64,000 nt of DNA, from NCBI GenBank assembly GCA_963663135.2, contig CAXXRM010000005.1, positions 99,304 through 163,303 on the forward strand. Reading direction: 5' to 3'. This DNA comes from Dehalococcoidia bacterium. Lineage in GTDB: Bacteria > Chloroflexota > Dehalococcoidia > Lucifugimonadales > UBA3495. Both the position numbers and the translations under genes were made by a program. The notes under the pieces were generated by a model that worked only from the letters and a program-made list of their open reading frames with translations, ran no database searches and was not told where the DNA came from. Below, in pieces: positions 29,253-40,233 of the stretch; position 1 is the stretch's first letter, and the number at the start of each line of letters is the position of its first letter.

Positions 29253-32200
29253 CGGCTGCGGTGTGCCGGTCTCCGTGTCAGACCATGCTCCATTGCCCAC
29301 GGAGTTCACGGCCCGCACCTGTACGTCGTACTCCGTCGCGTTGGTGAGATTGGAGATGCCATATCGAAGGTAGCCGCTACGCCAGGCGTTGTCCCGGACC
29401 GTCCAGTTGGATTCCACATTCTCGTCGGCGCCGGTCTCAATGTAGCGCACGTCATAGGCGGTAATGGGAGCCCCACCGGTGACCAACGGGGCGCTCCAGA
29501 CAACGGCAAGGTTCCTGTCGCCGCGAGTGACGTTGGTAATGGATGGCGCCGACGGAGCGGCCGTGGTGGGCTCGTCAGCTTCCGCCTGGGACCAGGGGCC
29601 GTGTCCGGAATCGTTGTGGGCCCGCAGTTGAACCTCGTGCTTCACCCCTCCATCCAGCCCGGTGATGGTGTAACTCCGGTTGCTCGGCGTCCCCACACCC
29701 GTCTCCACAGACCAGTTGGCATCGCTCTTGTCTGTAGCATCGTCTCGAATGTATCGCAGGTCGTAGGACGCGATGGCCGTCTCACCTGTGTCGGTAGGAG
29801 CGCTCCAGTCGATAGTTAGCGTGCCTCTCCCCGGAGTCACCATGTCGATTCCGGGCGCGCCCGGAATGGAGCCGTGGCCGTAGACGGTGAGGCCCCACGA
29901 CCTGAGACTCCCGATATCTCCGCTCTCAGCGTCCTTGATCCGCAACGTCCATTCGCCAGCGGGATCCTCGCCCAGGTGCCGGGCCGAACCAAAGCGGAAC
30001 TCGCTGGTCCACTCCCCTGATCTCGAGGTGGTAGTGGACAGCGTTGAAACGGCCCCTGAGGGCGAGACCAGCTCAACGGTAAGGTCCCGGAATGAGGGGT
30101 GGATGAAGTGGGCATTGACCTCCACAAACTCAACGAAGTCCACGTATGGCTCTACGGTTAGGCTGGCAGTAACCGTGGTAGGCGTACCGAACGACGGCAG
30201 GTCGGGGATTGCAAGATCGATGACGCGGGACTCGGAAGTAGATTCCCTCAAGTCGCGGACGTTGGTCCAACCCGTGGCCAGGTCCACGGCCGCCTTGGCG
30301 TCCACCATGCCGAAGCCGTACTCATGGTTGAAGTTGTAGCGGTCCGTGGTGGACCCGTACTTGAAAGCTCCGTCCGCCCAGCCGGTGTTATGCGGGTCGA
30401 CTTTGCGGGCGGAGGCCGCCAGGATGAGCTTGACGTCCCGCCAGGTTTAACGCGTTGTTTGCTTCTCGAACCAGCGCTACCACGCCCGAGACTATGGGGG
30501 CGGCGGCGCTGGTGCCTCCAAAAGTGCCCCTATACCGGTGTTTGTCGTCGGTGGTGGCTATTCTGGGCTGGCCCACCCTTCCGCTGCTGGACGGCCCGCA
30601 CACCCACAGGTTTGCGCCTGCTTCCGAGTAGCTGCTTCTTATGTCGTCGTGGCCGACGGCGCAGACGGCTGTTACGGCATAGAAATTGGCGTGCTCGCTA
30701 AGGGTGGAGTGGTCGTTGTCACCTCCGTTGCCGGCAGCGAAGGTGTAGAAAACGCCTTTCCCGCCGTATCCGGTGGTGACGCCGTACTTGACCGCCGTTT
30801 CCCAAATGGCAGATGCAGGCTCAGGATGACCGAAGTTATTAGGGCCCCAGCTGTTGTTGGATATGGCCGTGGTTGCCGCGTTGCGAGACATGGCGTCCGC
30901 TTCGTTGGCGTCGGATTGCTTTACCAAAAAATTGTATCCGTAAATCTTGGCCCCGGGGGCTACGCCGCGCATACCGAGGCTGTTGTCCTTCGCAGCGATA
31001 AGACCGGCCACGGCGGTGCCGTGGGCCTCGAATAGATCGTAGATCTCGGTCAGGTTGGGGTCATAGTTGTGATTGAATCGGGTGAGGACGTTGTCGGTCA
31101 GGTCATCGTGCTGGTAGTGGATTCCATCGTCCACCACCGCCACGTTGATACCGGAGCCTGTGTACGTGGGCCACACCTCCTCGACCCTGATATCCTGACC
31201 GGCGCTGTTGGGAAACTGGTTATCGTTGTTCAGGTGCCACTGGCAGCCGTAGAGCGGGTCGTTGATGCTGCTGCTCGTGCGGATCCTGGAGCAGCGGTCT
31301 ACGAAATGACTGTAGACGCCATCTACGATGGCCCTGACAGTGTAGCGTCCCGTAGCTGTACCAAGCTGGCCCATTACTCTCAAATAGTATGTGCCCGCAT
31401 CCAGTCTGCCCTGGAAGGTAAATGATTTGTTAAAGCGAATTGTTTGTACAGAGGGCCTGAGGTTGTTTTCATCGGTGAGATCGGCCCTGATGTTAGTGGT
31501 TTGGCTCACTCCCCCGATGATCACGTAAGCTTCCTCTTCGAGGATCAGTCTGAAATAGTCCTTGTCGCCTGCCGGGTCTATGATTCCGCCCGCCGTACCG
31601 CCGAGGGTCAGCGGCTGAGCGTCGGCAATGGCGCTGCCCGGCTCCGTGATGGCCGCGGCGTGCACCGTATACGGCCCACGTGACCTTCTGCTAGAGCCAA
31701 CCTTCACGTAGTAGGTTCCCATTTGGAGATGTTCCCGAAAGAGAAATTGCCTGAATCCGCCTGGTAGGTATGTATGGTCGTCGGAGGCTATCACTGTGCC
31801 GTTGCTGTTTTGCAGCTCACCTATGGGGTTGGTTAGTCCGGTGGAGCGTATTGCAACTTCCGTTGCCGCGGAGAGGTCCAGCTTGAAGTAGTCCTCGTCT
31901 CCCCGCGGGTCAATCGTGCCGCTCGCAGAGCCGTTGAGATTCAGAGTGGCAGCGTTGCTCCTGGAAGTGGTGTCCGTGAACTCCCTGATCCTGAGGATAT
32001 ACGGTTCGTCAGCAGGTCCGAAGCCGGTTACCTTGATGTAGTACGTCCCGGACTGGAGCTTGCGCCACAGGAAGAAGTTATCCGGGTTGGGCAGCAAGTT
32101 ACCAGTGTCATTTCTCTCGAAATAATTGCCGCCGCCGTCCAGCAGCTCACCCACGGTATCCAGGTCGCCCAGGGTATATATCCAGTAGTCGGCCGTCCGT

Positions 32201-33094
32201 GGCACTCTAAGTCTGAAATAGTCCGCGTCGGCGGCGGGGTCAATGGCTCCCCACACACTGGCGCCCGCCGTCACGCTCGTGGCGTCGGCGAGAGTGTTGC
32301 CGTGGTCCTCGGGAGTTGCGCCGGTTGTGGCCGACCAGGCGCCGTCGACATCATCTTCGTCCACCGCGCGCACCTGCACGTCGTACTCCGTGCCGTTGGT
32401 CAGGCCGGTGACGGCGTAGGTCAGGCTGCCGCCGCCCTCTTTCCAGGCGTCCTCCTCCACAGTCCAGTTGGCGTCCACGGCCTCATCGGCGCTGGTCTCA
32501 ATGTAGCGCAGGTCGTAGGCGGCTATGCCGGTGGTGATGCCGGTGGGAGCGCTCCAGGAAACCAGTACCGCGCGGTCGTCAGCACGCACGGAATCTATAG
32601 TCGGAGCAGGGAGCGCCGGCGTACCGGTCTTGGTGTCTTACCAGGTCCCGTCTCCGTTCGAGTTTACCGCCCGTACCTGAATGTCGTACTCCGTGCCGTT
32701 GGTCAGGCCCGTAATGGTGTATAGCAGCGTGCCGGAGGTCCAGGCGTTGTCCCTGACGGTCCAGTTGGCGTCATTGGTCGCATCCTCGCTGGTCTCGATG
32801 TGACGCACGTCGTAGGCCGTGATGCCGGTTGCGCCGGCGGGAGCGGTCCAGGTCACGGTGAGTGTGGTATCGCCAGAGGATACAGAGTCGATGGCAGGCG
32901 CGGCGGGAGGAGTCTGCGCGCTGGCGTAGCCCAGGGCCAGCACCAGGCAGAGCAGGGCAAGTCCCGCAGCCGGCAGCAGTCTGGCCGGACTGGTCATACT
33001 GGTCATCCTGTTCATGGGATAGACGACTCCAAAGAGCCGTTAGTTTTCACGGGAACAGCGGGTCACAACAACCCGTGGTATTCCCAGGCAACTA

Positions 33095-33942
33095 TCACTT
33101 GGGGGTGACTTCTCTTCCCCAGTTGGGGCTGGAGATTTCCACGCCGTCCTGCACTGCCAGGGCGTTGGCTAGGTCCAGCGAGGGGAACCCTGGTCCAGTT
33201 TCAACGAAGAAGCCGTTGGCGACGTAGTCCAACTCCGACAGGCGGTCCATCTCGATCCCGTTATTGGAAAAAAGGCGTTCGTTTCCGCCTGGCCCCATCC
33301 AGAACTGAGCACCAGCAGAACGCCGCCTGGGAGGGTCATCAGCCCGCCGGACTCCGAGCGGAAGACGGGCAGGGTATCGCTCTTCGATTGTCCATCCGCA
33401 CTCCTGACAACGTTGGTCCCACCCTCGCTGGCTGAAACGACGTCACGGGGCAGTCCGCCGGAGCCTTTCTCGACTACCAGGTCTGTCTGAAGCTTCACCG
33501 TCATGGCCCTGTCGCCGTCCTGCCAGGTGTAGGGGTCACCCTCGACAGGGCCGGTGGCGTCGGGGACGCCCTTCCAGGGGGAATCCGGACCAGCAACCCT
33601 TATGGGTTCCTCCTTCCTGGACGTTCCGAAAGAGTCGACCGGCGCGAATTCAATCCCGTCGCCGGCAGACGGCGCGGGAACCGGCGTTGGCACGGAGTTA
33701 TCCACCAAAGGAGTAGATTCGGTGGCGGTGGTCTTCAGGAGTGGCGGTGTGGTCACCGTGGGCGCTGCAACAAGGCGTCGCTCGGGTTGCGGCCCGTCTT
33801 CAACCCTCAGCAGTGGTGATGGGGTCTCGGCGGGCGCTGCGGCGGGTTGGTCCCCCGGTGCAGACGGTCCGCACCCGGCCAGGACCGCCGTCACGCTTGA
33901 TACGAGGGCAGCAATGGCCAGCAGGACAACGAGCTTTCTCAT
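33095..33942 (-). pseudogene. lipoprotein with subtilase-prodomain-like C-terminal segment, frameshifted in a homopolymer
   Basis: GGTGGAG SD. MRKLVVLLAIAALVSSVTAVLAGC contains a lipobox. The frame breaks at T6 (minus strand of 33268-33273). One extra T joins ...GWGQAETNAFF to SNNGIEMDRLSELDYVANGFFVETGPGFPSLDLANALAVQDGVEISSPNWGREVTPK (ORF 33095..33298). Confidence 0.65.
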
Positions 33943-34322
33943 TTCACTCCACCTGTATGGCCCTGGATTATGATCGGTGTGCCGGCTGTGATGGTCGTCG
34001 TTGCCGGACTCCCGGCGGAGACCCGGTGGGATATGCAGCCGAATCTGAGTTGGTAGGTCTGGGTGGCGTCGAAATTGACCAACGCTGAGACGACGACGGT
34101 CAGGGTGAATTCGGTTTCGTCGGCGTCGAACGCTGCGCCGCCCACTCGCTCCGGGACACTTTTGCGTCCGTTGCATGCCGAACAAGACTGCCCTCTCCTA
34201 GCGGCCAGGTTACTCAAGAGTGTTGCACTCTCCCCCGGTGTTGCGAAAGATGAAAATGAAAAGGATGGCCTTTGTCTTTTACTCATTTTGAGGCAGCATT
34301 TTGCCCAGTCACACTGATACAT
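33939..34322 (-). CDS. hypothetical protein, possibly translationally coupled to the lipoprotein gene
   Basis: The stop TGA overlaps the ATG of the lipoprotein gene (ATGA at 33939-33942). The C-terminal half is beta-rich (ETEFTLTVVVSALVNFDATQTYQLRF...). Start is uncertain and no family recognised. Confidence 0.3.
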   Translation of the reverse strand: MYQCDWAKCCLKMSKRQRPSFSFSSFATPGESATLLSNLAARRGQSCSACNGRKSVPERVGGAAFDADETEFTLTVVVSALVNFDATQTYQLRFGCISHRVSAGSPATTTITAGTPIIIQGHTGGVK

Positions 34323-35147
34323 GTGCTCTCGTAGTCAACTGAGCAATCGATGGAAATTGTCGGTGGTAAACGCCGCTATCATTTCCCGGGTATAGGCGGA
34401 CGTATTCAATCCGTGATGGGGAAAGCGAATCCAGGCCCGTAACCTTGGACTGGGAGCCTGGACTTGCCCAAGGCTGACCTGGGAGCCACAGCAAATCGGT
34501 TTTCACCGGCCGTCTGGGCCGACCCCGGCTGTAGTGCCTATGCCGCGAGGGTCCCGGTCCGGCCCGGACGACGGTGACCGCCGTCGCCTATGCCCTCGTG
34601 TGCTTGACGGCGGGCGCCGGCCTCGACGCAGGCGCGGGCGATGAGAAGGCGCTGCTGGGCAGGATGGCGACGATGTACGCCCTTGTGTTGTGCGTCAGTC
34701 TCATCACCCGGTTCGAACGCATGAGGAGGCAGACGGCGGTGGACCGGGAGCGGCAGGGCACTCGCCGTAATTGACCTGCTCCCCGGAAACTGAGCCAGTG
34801 GAAATGCGAGTTTTGCGGGATGATCTAAACTGACCGGAGAAGGAGGATCGTCCAATCATAATGGAACCTCCCAGCGAAAAGTTCGCAATACGGTCTGCTA
34901 AGGCCCACCAAAACCCAATTTCAGATACGAAATTGCAAACTTTAGCTCTGGGGCGCCAACCGATGTATGGTCGTCACGCAGGTTTCTGACCTCTGTCTTC
35001 GCGAATTTAGGAGGGGTTTTCTCAAGAGCCTGAACTCGTCCGGATGGTATCAATCCTCCCATTTGGAAGTAGTCGAACGACCAGTTGCGCTGCTGGTTGA
35101 TTGCTGCTAGAAGGGTACAAGATCCAGCAATCTAAGGAGCACGCGTC

Positions 35148-36245
35148 ATGGCAAACAAGATTCGCCTGGGGTTTGTGGGTGCGAACGTAAACTCGACCCG
35201 GGCTTCTCAGTCGCACTTCCCGGCGCTAATGGCCAGTCCGGATGTCGAGTTCACCGCAGTTTGCACCACCCGGCCCGAGAGCGCGGAGGAGGCTCGCCGA
35301 GCCTTTGGAGCGAAGCTGGCCTTCCATGATTTCCGAGCAATGGTAGTGTCGCCGGAGATTGACGCGGTGGCCGTGGTTGTGCGGGTGCCGTCGCATTATG
35401 AGGCAACGAAGGCCGCTATCGAAGCTGGCAAGCACGTCTACACCGAGTGGCCTTTGGGCAGGAATACCGCTGAAGCCGAGGAACTTGCAACTCTGGCCCG
35501 GTACAAAGGTGTCCAGACCGCAGTAGGTCTGCAATCGCGGGTTAGTCCCGCATTGCTGTTTATCAAGGAACAAATTGAGGCCGGCTATGTGGGCGAGGTG
35601 CTCTCGTGTCATGTGACCACCATGCGCGATGGCGCTTTGGAACGCCCTTCCAGCCGCACCTGGCAGCGCGATGCCACCCTTGGCGCAAACTCCCTGACCA
35701 TCGCCAACGGACACGTGATTGACGCCCTGCGCTTTGTGGCGGGCAACTTCACCCGCGTGGCGTGCATGGTCAGCACCCAGGCAAAGCAATGGTACGAGAC
35801 CGATACCCGGCAATTTGTGGAGGTCACATCCCCGGACAATGTGCGAGTCAGCGGACAGTTGGAGAGCGGCGCGGCAGCGTCGGTCCATGTTGGAGCTGTC
35901 CCCTGGGCCGGCAGCGGCTTTCGAATGGAGATCTACGGGCGGGAAGGCACGCTGGTCACCACGGGCAGTGTCTCGTCGCAGCGCGGTGAGATGCTGCGGG
36001 TGCAGGGCGCACGGGGCAGCCATGAGTTGCAGGACCTGGATATACCTGAGGGTTTCGTTTATGTGCCGTCCGACTTCCCCCGCGGCGATCCCTTCAACGT
36101 TGGGCAGATGTATGCCCTGCTCGCCGAGGCGGTCCGGACCGGGCAGAACCGCCTGCCCACGTTCGATGTAGCGGTTGACCTGCATCGTTTTATCGATACG
36201 ATCAAACAGGCGTCGGACACGGGCCGGGAGTTGCCGGTCGCCTGA
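35148..36245 (+). CDS. Gfo/Idh/MocA family oxidoreductase
   Basis: AAGGAG SD. N-terminal Rossmann segment IRLGFVGAN... and the EWPL motif (KHVYTEWPLG). Confidence 0.9.
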   Translation: MANKIRLGFVGANVNSTRASQSHFPALMASPDVEFTAVCTTRPESAEEARRAFGAKLAFHDFRAMVVSPEIDAVAVVVRVPSHYEATKAAIEAGKHVYTEWPLGRNTAEAEELATLARYKGVQTAVGLQSRVSPALLFIKEQIEAGYVGEVLSCHVTTMRDGALERPSSRTWQRDATLGANSLTIANGHVIDALRFVAGNFTRVACMVSTQAKQWYETDTRQFVEVTSPDNVRVSGQLESGAAASVHVGAVPWAGSGFRMEIYGREGTLVTTGSVSSQRGEMLRVQGARGSHELQDLDIPEGFVYVPSDFPRGDPFNVGQMYALLAEAVRTGQNRLPTFDVAVDLHRFIDTIKQASDTGRELPVA

Positions 36246-36483
36246 GGCGACATTTTCTCAAAAACCAGAAACAGGCCGGCAACCAATAACCATTGGCGAC
36301 CTGGGACTGGCGTTAGAGCCGCAACATACTGCCGCCAGGTTCACGCCACATTTCTGAGCAGGACCCGTGAACCGTACTGGAAGCTGATCCGGCAGCAGAA
36401 ATTCGAGGGCTCCGCCACTTCTATTCATCACCCGGTGATGATGGGGAGCCAGCGGAGCCCTAATAGATTAGCAGTATGAGTTG

Positions 36484-37245
36484 TCAGGCCGTCGCGGTTG
36501 CCGGTTCATGGGTCTTCAGAAAGCGCCGGGCGTGGGCTACGGTCTCGTCGATGTGCTCCTGCGTGTCTTTCCAGGGGAAAATGGTCACCTCGGAGTTCGG
36601 AGCGAGGCCGGCAACCTCCACCGCGACCTCGTATGGGTGGGTTGGCACATCGTCGGGCGCTATCAGCAGTGGTGTCTGCAGGGCACGCACGAAATCACGG
36701 GAAACGGTGAAAACGAAGTCGGCGCGGTCGGTGTACATACTGGTCAGGAAGTCATGGACCATGTCCATTGTGATTTCAGGACGCTTCTCGCAAAGGGGCG
36801 GCCCCCACCGCGTAATATTGTTCTGGTAGAAAATATCCGGCATCTCCGGCCTGAACCCGCTGGGCTGCATCAACGCCGCCGCCACAATGCGCTCCTGGGC
36901 CAGCCTAAGCAGGTTGTGGATCATAGGCCCGCCGATGCAGAAGCCCATGACCAGGAACTCCCTGATGCCGAGATGATCCATCAGCCCAAGTTGGTCGTCA
37001 GAGTAGGCATCCCAGGGGCGGTCGATCTCCAGGGGGCCACTGGATTGGCCCAGATCGGCATTGCGTAAGTCGGCGGCGATACAGCGGAAGTCGTCTTTGT
37101 AGGTCTCCATGGGGTTGAAGGGCACAGAAGCCTTCAAGGATGCCACCGTGGAATTAAGTCCGCCACCAGGAATGATCAACAGGGGGAATCCTGAACCGAC
37201 CTCTTCGTAGTAGATACGGTTGGGGCCTCTTTCGTAGAACGGTAT
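36484..37245 (-). CDS. alpha/beta hydrolase
   Basis: The nucleophile-elbow position reads GFCIGG (Cys where Ser is usual). The listed ORF starts at TTG 37179, but the frame is open upstream and encodes IPFYERGPNRIYYEEVGSGFPLLIIPGGG, a typical abhydrolase N-terminus. GGAGGA (37254-37259) lies 8 nt before an ATA codon (37243-37245). Confidence 0.75.
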   Translation of the reverse strand: MPFYERGPNRIYYEEVGSGFPLLIIPGGGLNSTVASLKASVPFNPMETYKDDFRCIAADLRNADLGQSSGPLEIDRPWDAYSDDQLGLMDHLGIREFLVMGFCIGGPMIHNLLRLAQERIVAAALMQPSGFRPEMPDIFYQNNITRWGPPLCEKRPEITMDMVHDFLTSMYTDRADFVFTVSRDFVRALQTPLLIAPDDVPTHPYEVAVEVAGLAPNSEVTIFPWKDTQEHIDETVAHARRFLKTHEPATATA

Positions 37246-37875
37246 GGCGGTTATCCTCCATCAGCGAGTTGCGAATCTAACCTGATGTCCAACGAGCAGG
37301 CAGGCCGGAATTTACGGCACGACATCCGGAGGCGGCGTGTTGTACGGGATTGTGCTTCGTCTGCCTATTCTGGCGTTGAATCTAACCCAAGATGGCTCAC
37401 GCGGTCAAAGTAACTGCCGGAAGCGGCGGGAGCGGTTAGATGTAACGGTAGTTCGGTATAAACCGGGCACATCGGGAAACCAAAGACAGGGTGGAGCCAT
37501 ATAGCGCCGTCCACTTTCATCTAAGGGCCCAGAGGGGACCGCGAATTGCGCCACTCTACCAACACCTCATCATGCAGGAGGACTCCCCTGTTTCGCTAGG
37601 CGATCGTAATCGGATCACGCTGATGGGCAGCTTGAACCACCTCCAACGGAGTGACGCCCGGTATCCGGTACCACATTATTGAATTGAGATGCCTACCTGC
37701 TTGACTACAGAGCCATCACCGGGTCAAATACGTTGCTGCCTACTGTCGAGTCGGACCCACTGCCCCCGCACAACTTCAGGCGATAAGTTCCGATAGGTTG
37801 TGGTTCTTGCCGACAGGGGTTCTCCCATGAACTGGAAAGTCGACTCGGCCAACTCGGATGCGAGGGTGTAAGACA

Positions 37876-38297
37876 GTGCGCGTTATGGTCCTGGTGAAGG
37901 TAACTAAGAAAAGCGAAGCGGGCATCATTCCTTCGACTGAAATCCTAGAGGCCATGGGCAATTACAACGAGGAACTGGTTAACGCGGGCATCCTTTTGGC
38001 CGGGGAGGGCCTGCAGCCCTCAGCCACTGGCAAGCGGGTGGCCTTTGACGGCTCGGACCGCGCCGTGATCGACGGGCCGTTTAAGCAGACCTCCGAGCTG
38101 GTGGCCGGTTTTGGCTGTGGGAGGTAAAGGACATGGGCGAGGCGGTCGAGTGGGTGAAGCGCTGCCCCAATCCAATGTTGGGTCCCAGCGAAATCGAGAT
38201 TCGCCCGCCGTTCGAGGCCTCCGACTTCGGTGAGGCGATGACCCCGGAGTTGCGCGAGCAACAGGACCGGACCAGGGAAGAGTTGGAAGGCCGCTAA
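37876..38297 (+). pseudogene. YCII-related (DGPF-domain) protein, frameshifted
   Basis: MRVMVLVKVTKKSEAGIIPSTEILEAMGNYNEELVNAGILLAGEGLQPS...VIDGPFKQTSELVAGF lies in frame 1. One extra T in the T4 run (38109-38112) gives ...AGFWLWEVKDMGEAVEWVKRCPNPMLGPSEIEIRPPFEASDFGE..., ending at TAA 38295-38297. Confidence 0.75.
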
Positions 38298-38355
38298 AGC
38301 CGATCCCTGGATCCGTAAATGTTCGCGTCCATCCGTGAATGAGAGAGGGTTTCCC

Positions 38356-38757
38356 ATGGAGCCGCGCATCAGCATTATTACCCTGGGCGTTACCGACCTG
38401 CCCCGCTCGGTGGAGTTTTACCGGGACGGATTGGGACTACCCCTTTTTGACGAAAACACCGAGTCCATTGCTTTTTTCCAGAACCGGGGCGCCTGGCTGG
38501 CCCTGTACCCCCGGGAGTCCCTGGCCGCCGACGCCGGTGTTCCCACTGAAGGCAGTGGCTTTTCCGGCGTCACGCTGGCTCATAACGTCCGGACCCGAGA
38601 GGAAGTGGATGCCCTGCTGGACGTGGCCGTAGCCGCCGGTGCCACCCTGGTCAAGCCGGCCCAAGACACCTTCTGGGGCGGTTACTCCGGGTACTTTGCC
38701 GACCCGGAGGGCTACCTTTGGGAAATCGCCTGGAACCCCCACTTTCAGATTGAGTAA
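38356..38757 (+). CDS. VOC (glyoxalase/bleomycin-resistance) family protein
   Basis: MEPRISIITLGVTDLPRSVEFYRDGLGLPL... and ...GYFADPEGYLWEIAWNP. Confidence 0.85.
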   Translation: MEPRISIITLGVTDLPRSVEFYRDGLGLPLFDENTESIAFFQNRGAWLALYPRESLAADAGVPTEGSGFSGVTLAHNVRTREEVDALLDVAVAAGATLVKPAQDTFWGGYSGYFADPEGYLWEIAWNPHFQIE

Positions 38758-39453
38758 CCGGCCAGTCGTACCAGTGACGGTTCCGGCGACCGACGTAAGG
38801 ATAACCGTCGGGACGAACGAAATGTCCAGATAACTAAAAGAATTTGTCGGACACGAAGTAGCCGATAATCCTGCCGCCCAAACCTATGAGGACGTAGATC
38901 CAGTATTCCTTGAACCGGCGCATGGGTCTTTCCTAACCGTGACGTTTGTGCAGCATGGCAGCACACCGGGGCTTGCAAGTTGCCGAAGAGGCAGAACCGG
39001 CGTAGGCCAGCCTGCGGCTAAATGCTGGACGTGGGGTAGAGCCCTCGTAGTAGTCCGCGGTCGGGAAAGTCGGCCTCTTGACGAAGTAAGGAAGTGAGAT
39101 GAGTGCAGAACACAAGCGAACTACACCGGCGGAGAGATTGATGAATCCGACGAAGATTGCACAAAAGCAAAGGTTCTTGTGAAGGACAGCATGTACGCCG
39201 CCGGCGCAACCGACCGAGGAAGTTGGGCAAGCCCCTATCCTCGACACCCTTCACGATCAAGGGGACGCCCCTTGATTACGGCCCGGCATGGCTCCTATTT
39301 GCGCCATTATCCATGACCAGCGTTGGATGCTTACTTGGGGCTTGGGGCGCTGCATTAGCCTGAAAGGGCATTTGGGGTCATCAAGCTCTATTCTGCCAGT
39401 TGATCCAATGGTCTAGAATGTTACAAAACTAGGGATGGGGAAAAGGGAGGGCC

Positions 39454-40233
39454 ATGATCGGAAAGGCGTTGGCGCTGTTGGTGGTTGCCGGGGCAGCCTT
39501 GGTGGTGTTGGAGTTGTTGCTCGTCAGTCCGGTGGATGCACAGACGCCCAGGGCCACCAGGTCCTTCGCCGAGCCATCGGTGGTCCCGGGCGGCAGGCTG
39601 GAGGTAAGAATCACCGCTGCCGGGTACGGCCCTTTTGGGCAGGTTGTGGAGACACTTCCCGCCGGGTTCAGCTATGCGGGGTCCAGCCTGCCGGACGATG
39701 CGGTTGAGGTCCAAGGCCGGACTGTTAAGTTCACGCTGTTGGCGGTTAACCGCTTTTTTTACACTGTTACCGCCCCCAATCAGGAGGGGTCGCACACTTT
39801 CTCCGGAGTGCTAAATGACGCGCAGAAAGTTGAACGATCCGTGGCAGGGACTTCCAGGATAAGGGTGGGCCCCGACGCCACGCCCACACCGACGCGCACT
39901 GCCACGCCAACGCCGGAGCCCACGTCCACTCCCACTCCCACGCCGACGCCAACTCCGACTCCCACCCCGGAGCCCACGGCGACGCCGACGCCGGAACCCA
40001 CGTCCACCCCGACGCCATCTCCAACCCTCGCGCCGCGGCCCACGGCTGCGCTCGCGGCTGCGCCCACGCCCACGCCCACGCCGACGCCCACTCCTACAGC
40101 TGAGCCTACGCCTCCGCCTGTGGAACCCGTTGAGGAGGGTGGACCGCCGGTTTGGTTGATTGTTCTGGTGGTTGCTGGAGCAATCTTGGCGATAGGCGGC
40201 ATTGGGGTGTACGCCGTTACTCGGGGGAGGTAG
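39454..40233 (+). CDS. secreted surface protein: beta-domain, Thr/Pro-rich stalk, C-terminal TM anchor
   Basis: GGGAGGG SD. Signal peptide [19 protein letters not shown]. The (T/E/S)P repeats lie at about 39871-40130. The C-terminal hydrophobic helix plus basic tail is [27 protein letters not shown]. No LPXTG, PEP or PGF motif is present. Confidence 0.7.
   Translation: MIGKALALLVVAGAALVVLELLLVSPVDAQTPRATRSFAEPSVVPGGRLEVRITAAGYGPFGQVVETLPAGFSYAGSSLPDDAVEVQGRTVKFTLLAVNRFFYTVTAPNQEGSHTFSGVLNDAQKVERSVAGTSRIRVGPDATPTPTRTATPTPEPTSTPTPTPTPTPTPTPEPTATPTPEPTSTPTPSPTLAPRPTAALAAAPTPTPTPTPTPTAEPTPPPVEPVEEGGPPVWLIVLVVAGAILAIGGIGVYAVTRGR

Noticed and set aside
27600-29300. Periodic repeats as a possible CRISPR array, and likewise the TP-coding repeats at 39871-40130
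   Set aside because: The repeats are 405 bp long, lie in frame within a long ORF and encode Calx-beta-like modules. The TP repeats are coding low-complexity sequence. No short repeat-spacer structure and no cas genes occur anywhere in the window.
32635-32637. In-frame TAA here and at 45424-45426 as evidence for stop-codon reassignment or programmed read-through
   Set aside because: TAA is used as the genuine terminator of pyrG (12859-12861), rho, the HAD hydrolase, the 3732 methyltransferase and others in the same window. Nonsense mutation or base-call error is the simpler reading.
34574-34774. 66-aa ORF (…YALVLCVSLITRFERMRRQTAVDRERQ) as a sensor-kinase N-terminal fragment
   Set aside because: There is no SD, no downstream kinase domain, and only one hydrophobic segment. 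It cannot be distinguished from a chance ORF in GC-rich DNA.
37491-37682. 63-aa ORF and minus-strand fragments reminiscent of an integrase C-terminus (LVEWRNSRSPLGP, GVTPLEVV) in the hydrolase/YCII intergenic region, plus three copies of ATCTAACC (about 37273, 37379 and, inverted, 37434)
   Set aside because: The peptide fragments are in the wrong order for an rve-domain C-terminus and are very short. An 8-mer occurring three times is suggestive of a regulator site but is not statistically compelling on its own.
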